The notes below the pieces were generated by a model that saw only the letters and a list, made by a program, of their open reading frames with translations, was not told where the DNA came from and ran no database searches. Position numbers and translations under genes: made by a program. 64,000 bases of DNA, taken from positions 9,618 through 73,617 of the forward strand of contig JBMNOU010000001.1 in NCBI GenBank assembly GCA_050943215.1, in the 5' to 3' direction. Position 1 is the stretch's first letter. The number at the start of each line of letters is the position of its first letter. The DNA comes from Christensenellales bacterium (lineage in GTDB: Bacteria > Bacillota > Clostridia > Christensenellales > SZUA-584). Below, piece by piece: positions 47,594 to 55,174 of the stretch.

Positions 47594-48980
47594 ACATATC
47601 AAGCAGCGTTGATCTGGGTAGTGTCAAATCAAGTTTGCAAAATCACTCCGATAAGAATGAATCAAGCGGCAGATAAAAAGGCGTCCTGAATGGACTGTGC
47701 ACTCAAATATGCCCTTGCGGACGACCAGTCTTCTGAATATTCCATGAGGTACGTGGCGACCAGCCGCAGGTAGGATGCAGGGTTCGGGAAGATACCGACC
47801 ACTCTGGTACGCCGCCGGATTTCTTTATTGAGTCTTTCCAGCATATTGGAACTGGAAGTCTTTCGAAAATCCAAAGCCGGGAAACAAAAGAACGCGAGGG
47901 AGTCTTCCAGTCCGTCTTCCAGTATTCGAATGGCCTGCGGAAACCGCTTCTCAAATTCTTCGACCAGCGCGGCAGCCCTTCTTCGGGCGGTCTCCATGTC
48001 CGGAGCAAGCCATATCTGTTTGAGCTTCCCTGCAAAAACCTGCTTGTCCCTATGCGGAACATGAACCAAAATGTTGCGCATAAAATGCACTTTGCAACGC
48101 TGCCAGCAAGCGCCGGGGAAGCTTTCGCGTATGGCGGCGACCAATCCGGCGTGGGCGTCCGAAATGACCAGGGACGGGGCGATAAGCCCTCGGCCTTTCA
48201 GCCTTTCAAAGAGCTGGGCATAGCTTTCACGGGATTCATCCAGCATAGGCTCGACGGCCAGCACCTCCCTTGATCCGGCTTCATTGACTCCACAGACAAG
48301 CAGGATCGCCATGCTAACAACACGCCCGTCGTAACGTACCTTTTCATACAGAGCATCCACCCAAAGCACGGGGTAACGGTTGCCTTCAAGCGACCGGTTG
48401 CAGAACGCCTCCACCTGCCCGTCCATTTCTTTGGCCGTGTTGCTTACCTGAGAGCGTGACAGGTTTTCAATTCCCAAACGCTTTGCCAGACGCTCCATTT
48501 TGCGGGTAGAAACGCCGTTTATGAAAGCCTCCTGAACCACCTGGATGAGCGCCGCTTCGCTTCGTTTTCGGTCACTCACAAAGAACGGAACATACCCGCC
48601 TTGCCGCATCTTGGGAACCATCAGATAGATCGTCCCCATCCTGGTGTCAAATCGTCTGGGGCGGTAGCCTGAACGATAGCCTTGACGGTCGGTGGTGTGC
48701 TGTGATTTTTCCGCTCCGATTCTTGTCGAAATCTCCGCTTCCATCAATTGATCGCATAGCCACTCCAGCATCGACAGCATCGGATCAGGTTCGCTCATGC
48801 ATTGCAGTAGTAATTCAGCCAGGTTTGTGGTAGTCTTTTTTTGAGCCATCGGTTTTTCTCCTTTTGAATGATTTGCTCGCACCATTCATTCTATCGGAGT
48901 GTCCGGTGGCTTTCCATATCCACATATAAATTGCAAACACTTTTGTACTCTATCTTGATCTGTAACGCTGCTTGATATGT
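47594..48980. mobile_element. IS256-family insertion sequence
   Basis: 17-bp perfect terminal inverted repeats, ACATATCAAGCAGCGTT (47594-47610) and its reverse complement (48964-48980). Imperfect similarity continues about 45 bp inward, including GTTTGCAA. A single mutator-type transposase lies inside. Total length is 1387 bp. Confidence 0.8.
47662..48849 (-). CDS. IS256-family (mutator-type) transposase
   Basis: About 395 aa with a typical N-terminus (AELLLQ...DPMLSMLEWLCDQLMEAE) and a DDE region (WVDALY..., VISDAHAGL..., CKVHFMRN). The start is trimmed to ATG 48849. Confidence 0.9.
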   Translation of the reverse strand: MAQKKTTTNLAELLLQCMSEPDPMLSMLEWLCDQLMEAEISTRIGAEKSQHTTDRQGYRSGYRPRRFDTRMGTIYLMVPKMRQGGYVPFFVSDRKRSEAALIQVVQEAFINGVSTRKMERLAKRLGIENLSRSQVSNTAKEMDGQVEAFCNRSLEGNRYPVLWVDALYEKVRYDGRVVSMAILLVCGVNEAGSREVLAVEPMLDESRESYAQLFERLKGRGLIAPSLVISDAHAGLVAAIRESFPGACWQRCKVHFMRNILVHVPHRDKQVFAGKLKQIWLAPDMETARRRAAALVEEFEKRFPQAIRILEDGLEDSLAFFCFPALDFRKTSSSNMLERLNKEIRRRTRVVGIFPNPASYLRLVATYLMEYSEDWSSARAYLSAQSIQDAFLSAA

Positions 48981-49034
48981 GGGTAAAATGTCATAATCAG
49001 CGATATAATTTAAAAGCATCGGGAGCTAATATTT

Positions 49035-50162
49035 TTATTCCTTACAACTCAAATCAAAGGCGAGGCGGAACCCTTTGTTATTGTTGTTCTGGTCGTATAA
49101 AACTAATCGGGCGTCGGCTTTTGGCATATATGCTCTACCAAACTCCACAGCGGCTGAAACAGGGCATGCGGGAAAAACATGAACAACCGCGTCTTGTCCG
49201 TGATACTCTCTTATCAAACGAAAAAGTTCGCGGTACTTTCCACGCAATGTTGCAAGGTGCTCACGGTTTTTTATGTAATCGTTGCTTGGGTTTTGATGCG
49301 TGATGTTCCAGATTGAAATGTCGTTACCAAGAACATTTTGAATACGGTCGTCTGTAATATTGTCACTGAGTGAAAGCTTGACCGCTACCGCTGAGGATTT
49401 TGTAGTCGGTGTGGTTATCTCATATCTAATCTGCGAATCATCATCAAGCCATGCCCAAGTATCTGGTTCCCTATGCTTCTGGAACACATCCACCTCGGTG
49501 ATATCACCAAACAGCATTCCAAGCCTAATCAAAAGCGGTATCGGAGCAATCGCAAACAGCAAAATTTTTTCACTTCTGCTCTGCTCTTTCAAAATATTTA
49601 TTTCTTGCCTGAATTTTTCCTGCAATTGAGCCCATTCACTTGACCAAAATTGACTTATGTCATCATAGAAAGCGGTATTATTGGGGTTAAGGTCAATTGG
49701 ATAGCGTGGTGCGATAAGTTTTGCCGCCCTGACAGCTTCATTGATTTTTTCGTTCGTTATCGTCGGCTGATTATCGCCAATTTTTGAGGTGTACTTTACC
49801 ACCAAGGCGTGTTCGTTTTGAAGGGCCAATAATTGCTCCCGGACTTTTTGCTCATGATTATTCTTTATACTGTGCAACCTCTCAACTGTGTAAAATTCTG
49901 GAATCTTATCTTTATCAACCTTGGTATGGCAAGTCGGGCAAAGCAGAATGATGTTATCAATATCTCCAGCATATTTTTTTGATTCGACAGAACCCCGTGT
50001 TCCGTCCTCACTGTCGGCGATGATATGGGCATACTCTTTAACATTTATTTCTGAACGCGAGAATTTATCGTAATCAAGAGGCTCACAGCACAAGGAGCAT
50101 AACCCTCCGCACTTAAAATACAGTTCCCATTTATCTTGTGTCTTCAGGTTTGTTTTTGACAT
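49035..50162 (-). CDS. HNH endonuclease fused to SAVED-like sensor domain (Cap5-like CBASS effector)
   Basis: N-terminal Cys-rich HNH (CSLCCEPL...EYAHIIADSEDGTRG...NIILLCPTCHTKVD). The roughly 250-aa C-terminus has an LLFAIAPIPLLIRLGMLFGD-type segment consistent with SAVED. It is the last gene of the operon. Confidence 0.75.
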   Translation of the reverse strand: MSKTNLKTQDKWELYFKCGGLCSLCCEPLDYDKFSRSEINVKEYAHIIADSEDGTRGSVESKKYAGDIDNIILLCPTCHTKVDKDKIPEFYTVERLHSIKNNHEQKVREQLLALQNEHALVVKYTSKIGDNQPTITNEKINEAVRAAKLIAPRYPIDLNPNNTAFYDDISQFWSSEWAQLQEKFRQEINILKEQSRSEKILLFAIAPIPLLIRLGMLFGDITEVDVFQKHREPDTWAWLDDDSQIRYEITTPTTKSSAVAVKLSLSDNITDDRIQNVLGNDISIWNITHQNPSNDYIKNREHLATLRGKYRELFRLIREYHGQDAVVHVFPACPVSAAVEFGRAYMPKADARLVLYDQNNNNKGFRLAFDLSCKE

Positions 50163-50168
50163 CGCTAT

Positions 50169-50828
50169 TCACCTCTTATCCAATTCAGCTATGATTGATT
50201 CAAAGTCATCCTTGTATCGTTCATAGAGTGAACTTACCTTAAGCTCGTTGATTTTCTCTCTATGGCAATCTCTGTAGCGCTTGCCAGATTGACAGGGGCA
50301 TTGAAAATGTCCTTTCAGGTTTTCTCTGAACAGACAAACCAATAAAGCGTATGCAACTTTGATATCAGTGGTTTCAAACAATTCACAGTAATAATCCAAC
50401 AGCCCCTCGACTCCGTGCTTGTGTTCTCCGAACGGCAAGTATTTGTGCTTTCGGTAAAATAAGAAACCGCAGAGATAGGTATCCAAGTACTTGGCCAAAA
50501 AAGCAAGCAAGCTTGGATGTTCCTGCAAAAACGCAGCTATTGCCGTATCAACTTCCAAACAGAGCTGACCGTTTGCGTATACATGTCCCTTGTAATTGTT
50601 AGCCCGGATTTTACCGTCTGTGTTTTTTGCTGTTGGGATATCTTCAGGGAAGCCATTGGGAACAAAAATTTCAAGCGAAAAGTAGTTTTCAAATATTTCA
50701 TTTTCAAACTGATTGCAGATTTTATATTTGCCGATAAATTTCAAACCGCCATCAATCTCGGTTTTTGTCAACAGCGGCTGTTGTACTAACAGTATTTCAA
50801 CCTCCTCCAGTACCGCAGCTCGCAACAT
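50169..50828 (-). CDS. E2 (UBC)-like protein with C-terminal SEC-C zinc motif
   Basis: SLEIFVPNGFPEDIP followed by GHVYANGQLCLE mirrors the UBC (f.fp..YP..pP ... HPN...G.iCL) active-site layout. The C-terminal CPCQSGKRYRDCH is a SEC-C motif. Confidence 0.65.
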   Translation of the reverse strand: MLRAAVLEEVEILLVQQPLLTKTEIDGGLKFIGKYKICNQFENEIFENYFSLEIFVPNGFPEDIPTAKNTDGKIRANNYKGHVYANGQLCLEVDTAIAAFLQEHPSLLAFLAKYLDTYLCGFLFYRKHKYLPFGEHKHGVEGLLDYYCELFETTDIKVAYALLVCLFRENLKGHFQCPCQSGKRYRDCHREKINELKVSSLYERYKDDFESIIAELDKR

Positions 50829-50829
50829 A

Positions 50830-52065
50830 TCACCGCCTATATGGTTTGGGCTGATTGACTCCTGTGATTATTGTGGGAACAGATTTCGTTGCATTAAGGT
50901 TTAGGTTAGCATATATGCGTTTAGTAGCCTCTTCGCCAAAGCTCTTTTGAAGTGATGTGAATTTGTCCGCTGAATCCGCTCGGTCAAATCCAAAATCGCT
51001 TTTTATCCATTCGACCCATTTGAAAAACGCCTTTGCGCGTGCGTTTCCATCTTCAGTCCAACGCTCCGCAAAATTTTCATATGGGTTGACAGGATTGCAT
51101 AGGTGCCAGCCATCACTGTCGCGTTTGATAATCACAGCATTTCTTTGTGCCAGCCTTTCCGCTGAATAAGCATAGAAGTCTTGGTTTAGAGAGGAATATT
51201 GACTCAATTCTTCGACAACTGCTTGGAGCAGCTCTTTAACAGAGGCATTATACAACTTTTTCTCGGCAGCGATTTGTGCCACAAGAACTGTAATTATAAT
51301 TGAAATTGGTCTGTAAGCGTAATCGGGCTGTCTGTCGAAACGAACATCACGATGCCGCTTGAAAAGCTGAATCACTCGTTGTAACGAGGATTTTAAAAGT
51401 GGTTCAGGAACGGCCTCAATGGAAGCATAAGCTTTCTTTTCAACAAGTATCCGCCGCTGATATTCCGAAACGGCTTGGAGGTAAGGGGTGTTAATATTTT
51501 TGAACCAGTCAACCAAACCGTGCGAATTGCCTGTCGACCAGTCATATGTATCTCCGTCTTTGTCAAAGTCCGTTATTGCTATTGCTTTTTTTGCAATTGA
51601 AAGGGGAATATTTTTGAACACGATTTTGTTGATTATTTCATTCTCCTCGTGTACACATGGTAGAACATCCATATGAAAGCCTACGCCGTCCGTCGGCGCA
51701 TAATTCAATGTCCAACAACGCCGCCCTTCGTTTGGGTCAAGCAAGTTTTTATGATATTGACTTTTGTCAAGGCATTTCCCAACCGACTTTTTTAATACTC
51801 GGGGTTTGAGGATAAGCTTATCGTCCGAAGATTGCGCTACAAGATCAATATCAAAGTCGGCATCTCTCCCCTCCCGATAAGGACGTATGACCGTGCCGAA
51901 CGCAAACGACCCTTGTGTGTAAACATCTGTTGCTACACCATCCTCGGTTAAGCATTTTGCTACCGCCTCATAGTGAGATTTCGCCAAATCATATTGTGTT
52001 GGTGTGATGTCTATCTGCTTATACAATTCCTCAGTCACGGAATCGAAGTTCAAAATTTTTTCCAT
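50830..52065 (-). CDS. CD-NTase/SMODS-like nucleotidyltransferase
   Basis: Pol-beta NTase triad context: YTQGSFAFGTVIRP, DADFDIDLV, and GFHMDVLP. The 411-aa length and the genomic context with E2 and HNH-SAVED also fit. Confidence 0.75.
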   Translation of the reverse strand: MEKILNFDSVTEELYKQIDITPTQYDLAKSHYEAVAKCLTEDGVATDVYTQGSFAFGTVIRPYREGRDADFDIDLVAQSSDDKLILKPRVLKKSVGKCLDKSQYHKNLLDPNEGRRCWTLNYAPTDGVGFHMDVLPCVHEENEIINKIVFKNIPLSIAKKAIAITDFDKDGDTYDWSTGNSHGLVDWFKNINTPYLQAVSEYQRRILVEKKAYASIEAVPEPLLKSSLQRVIQLFKRHRDVRFDRQPDYAYRPISIIITVLVAQIAAEKKLYNASVKELLQAVVEELSQYSSLNQDFYAYSAERLAQRNAVIIKRDSDGWHLCNPVNPYENFAERWTEDGNARAKAFFKWVEWIKSDFGFDRADSADKFTSLQKSFGEEATKRIYANLNLNATKSVPTIITGVNQPKPYRR

Positions 52066-52075
52066 CGGTATCTCC

Positions 52076-53176
52076 TTAATCTCTTATGATGTTTAATAAG
52101 TCGTAGTAGAAAAAAGTTCTGTTACGGCTCTTGTTGTCGGTGTAAAGTATCTGAGCTTGGACTAATGCGTTCAAATATCGGTTAATCGTCGCCGGAGGGA
52201 TTTGCGTTTCTTTTGCAATCGTGTTTGCGTTAATGATTGGGAAACGGAATAGTAAATCAATAATCTCCGTCATTTGATTACTACGAACAAGGCCTGATGC
52301 TTTGCTCAAGTGCTCATTATAGAGTTTGTTAATATCAGAAATGATTCTAATATATTTTTTGCATTGACTCGTAACTATCTGTAAAAAGAAGTTTATCCAT
52401 TCAGACCATTGCCCCTTTTCTCTGATATTGTTCAGGAGCGTATAATACTTCATTTTATCGCGCTCCAGAGCCTCACTGATGAAAAAGCAAGGCATATCAA
52501 TTTGTTCGGAAGCGTAAAGGTAAAGCGGGATTAGGATTCGTCCAACACGGCCATTGCCATCTAAAAAAGGATGTATAGTTTCAAACTGAGCATGAACAAT
52601 GGCGGTGCGAACAAGTGGACGTAGGATGTCTTTAGGTTCGAGTATATAATTGATGAGATTGTCCATTAACTCAGGCACTTTTTCAAATATAGGAGGGGTA
52701 TAGGTTATCTCATGTGGGCTACCTACTTTTCCAATGTAATTCTGCTGTGTTCTGAATATGCCAACTTCTTGGTTTTGTCGCCGTACTTTGCCTTTCATAA
52801 GAATTTTGTGAATTTCAAGGATGAAATCCTTGCTCATTTTGTCACGCTTGAGGAAATTATACCCCATTATAGCGGCAGTATTGTAATTGATAATCTCGAC
52901 AAGGTTCGCATCTTTATCATCGGGAACGACCTGATTGATTAGCACGCCATCAAGTGTCGCTTGTGTTCCCTCTAACATAGATGAAGCAAGAGCTTCTTTT
53001 TGCTGTAATGTTGGCAAGAACCAGTGCTGGCTAAGCTTGCTATCCTTAATTTTCTCTTTATAAACTTCAAGCTGAGCTGTAGCATCTATAAGTGAATCGA
53101 AAAATAGTTTCGGCTTTATATAATCTGCACCAAGTGGCAACACCATTGGTTCAAAAGCAATTTTCTGGCTTTTCAT
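52076..53176 (-). CDS. Fic-domain protein (Fic_N inhibitory helix + Fic core + C-terminal wHTH-like region)
   Basis: HPFLDGNGRVGR core and SSMLEGT ((S/T)xxxE(G/N)) motif. The C-terminal IAKETQIPPATINRYLNALVQAQIL is HTH-like. The probable start is ATG 53176 after GAGGAG; the track begins at TTG 53182. Confidence 0.85.
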   Translation of the reverse strand: MKSQKIAFEPMVLPLGADYIKPKLFFDSLIDATAQLEVYKEKIKDSKLSQHWFLPTLQQKEALASSMLEGTQATLDGVLINQVVPDDKDANLVEIINYNTAAIMGYNFLKRDKMSKDFILEIHKILMKGKVRRQNQEVGIFRTQQNYIGKVGSPHEITYTPPIFEKVPELMDNLINYILEPKDILRPLVRTAIVHAQFETIHPFLDGNGRVGRILIPLYLYASEQIDMPCFFISEALERDKMKYYTLLNNIREKGQWSEWINFFLQIVTSQCKKYIRIISDINKLYNEHLSKASGLVRSNQMTEIIDLLFRFPIINANTIAKETQIPPATINRYLNALVQAQILYTDNKSRNRTFFYYDLLNIIRD

Positions 53177-53205
53177 AAACAACTCCTCTTTTCAAAGCAT
53201 GATTT

Positions 53206-53248
53206 ATTGTAGCATATATAGAATCAAAATTCAACTATTTTGATTCTA
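53206..53248 (-). promoter_or_regulatory. Promoter of the fic-CBASS operon with overlapping palindromic operator
   Basis: On the minus strand: TTGAAT (53234-53229), 17 nt, then TACAAT (53211-53206). A perfect palindrome, TAGAATCAAAAT-tcaact-ATTTTGATTCTA (53219-53248), covers the -35 and the spacer. Confidence 0.55.
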
Positions 53249-53463
53249 ATTTATAATTTTTATGCTCTATAGCCTCACAAAACAAAAAATATGAGGATAG
53301 CTACACCTTCATAATAGTACTTGGATTAGTTGTGGGTTAAGGAGTATGGGGAGTGCAGCAATCAGCATCTATGTATTTTACTTTGCATTTTATAAATTCC
53401 ACCGTGGTATTATCGTAAAAATCCAGTCTTATATTGTAACTACAAATTATTTTCAGCTTTTTC

Positions 53464-53505
53464 TACATAGCCATCCGGCGAAACCTGGGTGGCATAATTT
53501 TATTT
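53464..53505 (+). repeat. Leader-hairpin repeat, copy 3 (upstream of Toprim gene)
   Basis: TACATAGCC-[hairpin]-GGCATAATTTTATTT, then AGGAGG and ATG 53518. Confidence 0.5.
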
Positions 53506-53517
53506 AGGAGGTTTTTT

Positions 53518-54480
53518 ATGCCATATATTATCCCGGAGTTGATAGCCGAAGCCAAGAAAATGGACTTGCTCACCTATTTGCAATCATACGAGCCGCAGGA
53601 ACTTGTACGCTTCTCCGGCAGCGTCTACACGACCCGCACCCACGACAGTCTGAAAATCAGCAACGGGAAATGGTGCTGGCATAGCCGTGGGATCGGTGGG
53701 CGCAGCGCGCTGGACTATCTTATCAAGGTGCGGGGCGTGGGCTTCACGGATGCGGTGGAACAGATTGTTGGGCAGGCGGCAGTACAGCCGCCTGTTTTCA
53801 CATCCGATACGGAGCCGAAAGAAACCGCTCCGTTTATTTTGCCGCAAATGGATAGCAGCATGGACGCAGTGGAGTGCTATCTTATGGGACGCGGAATCAG
53901 CCATAGTCTGATCCGCTATTGCGCTGATTTGCGGATTTTGTACCAAACCCGCAACGGCAAATATGCCAACGTCGTTTTTGTGGGACTGGATACGGACAAA
54001 ATCCCGCGCTATGCCACCGTCAGGGGAATACGTGGGAACTTTAAGGGAGATATAACGAGCAGTGACAAAAAGTATTCCTTTGCCCTGCCCAACGGCAGCG
54101 GCAATCTGCATCTGTTTGAATCGGCAGTAGATCTGCTTTCCTTTGCTACTTTGCAGGACATCCAAGTACCGAACTATTTTGATGGCGACCTGCTTTCCCT
54201 CTCCGGCGTTTATAAACCGCGAAAAAATATAGCGGAAAGCACATTGCCGTCCGCCCTCACGCAGTATTTGGCCGACTACCCGGACATTTGGCGTGTTCAC
54301 CTTCATCTTGACAACGACCTTGCTGGACGGCTTGCGACCAAAGCCATTATAACCGCCCTGCCGAAGCATTACGAGGTGCTGGATGCGCCGCCGCCCACGG
54401 GCAAGGATTACAACGATACCCTTTGTGACCGGTTGGGGATGACCCGTTATCAAACGAGAGAAAGGAGTTTAGCAAGATGA
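53518..54480 (+). CDS. DUF3991 + Toprim domain protein (conjugative primase-like)
   Basis: N-terminal DLLTYL...SLKISNGKWCWHSRGIGGRSALDYLI, and the C-terminal LHLFESAVDLLS...HLHLDNDLAGR Toprim acidic motif. Confidence 0.8.
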   Translation: MPYIIPELIAEAKKMDLLTYLQSYEPQELVRFSGSVYTTRTHDSLKISNGKWCWHSRGIGGRSALDYLIKVRGVGFTDAVEQIVGQAAVQPPVFTSDTEPKETAPFILPQMDSSMDAVECYLMGRGISHSLIRYCADLRILYQTRNGKYANVVFVGLDTDKIPRYATVRGIRGNFKGDITSSDKKYSFALPNGSGNLHLFESAVDLLSFATLQDIQVPNYFDGDLLSLSGVYKPRKNIAESTLPSALTQYLADYPDIWRVHLHLDNDLAGRLATKAIITALPKHYEVLDAPPPTGKDYNDTLCDRLGMTRYQTRERSLAR

Positions 54481-54665
54481 AAGAGTTTAAGGTCGAAATC
54501 AAAGAAACCCTCGTCATGACCGTGGCTGTGGAAGCCGAGAGCGCGGCGCAGGCGCGGGAAATTTCCGAACGCAATTGGAAAAACAGCGAGTATATTTTGG
54601 ACGCTGACTACTTTCAGGGCGTGAGCTTTACCGTCCCTCCCCGAAATAGAGATTTGGAAAGGTAG
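54477..54665 (+). CDS. Small DpnD/PcfM-like protein
   Basis: 62 aa, MKEFKVEIKETLVMTVAVEAESAAQA.... Its start overlaps the previous stop (ATGA). Confidence 0.5.
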   Translation: MKEFKVEIKETLVMTVAVEAESAAQAREISERNWKNSEYILDADYFQGVSFTVPPRNRDLER

Positions 54666-54844
54666 GGATTCGCATAAAATGCAGAGCGGCAGCTTAAACG
54701 CTGACCGTTTTCTTTTCGGCGTGTGAACCTTTGAAAGTCGAGCTTTCGGGAATGCACTATACCAGCAAGCATCGCCTTTGTACTCCCACAAAGGCACTTT
54801 TTAGGGGAAAATCCCCTAATACCCCTCTTAGAAAGGATGAGTTT
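54666..54844 (+). promoter_or_regulatory. Candidate oriT region
   Basis: The intergenic region just upstream of mobC-relaxase contains three inverted repeats: GAAAGtcgagCTTTC, GCCTTTGTactcccACAAAGGC (54773-54794), and AGGGGAaaaTCCCCT. Confidence 0.35.
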
Positions 54845-55174
54845 ATGAGAAAACGAAATGTTCGTATCCAATTCTGGCTTGATAAAAAAGAGGCCGAAGC
54901 CTTCAATAAAATAGTAAAGCGCAGCGGCCAATCCCGCGAGGTGTATCTGCGCCATATCATAAGCGGCCTTGTTCCCACTGACGTACCGCCCCCCGATTAC
55001 TACACCATGATGAGGGAACTCCACGCCATCGGCACGAACCTGAATCAGATCGCGCAAAAAGCCCATGTGCTAAACGCGATTGACGTCAACCGCTACGACG
55101 AGAACGCCGCCCTGCTGAAAAAAGCAATCGTAGGAATTACCAATGCCGTCATGCTGCCGAGAAAAATCGGATAG
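54845..55174 (+). CDS. mobC: MobC-type relaxosome accessory protein
   Basis: RNVRIQFWLDKKEAEAFNKIVKRSG (RHH-like) and GTNLNQIAQKAH motifs. The start is trimmed to ATG 54845. Confidence 0.8.
   Translation: MRKRNVRIQFWLDKKEAEAFNKIVKRSGQSREVYLRHIISGLVPTDVPPPDYYTMMRELHAIGTNLNQIAQKAHVLNAIDVNRYDENAALLKKAIVGITNAVMLPRKIG

Noticed and set aside
47586-48988. Target-site duplication for the IS256-family element
   Set aside because: I looked for 8-9 bp direct repeats outside the 17-bp terminal inverted repeats and found none (TAAAGAGA versus GGGTAAAA). The absence is reported as an observation instead.
53584-54453. 289-aa minus-strand ORF covering the Toprim gene
   Set aside because: It is entirely antisense to a well-supported DUF3991/Toprim ORF, and its composition is typical of GC-rich antisense frames.
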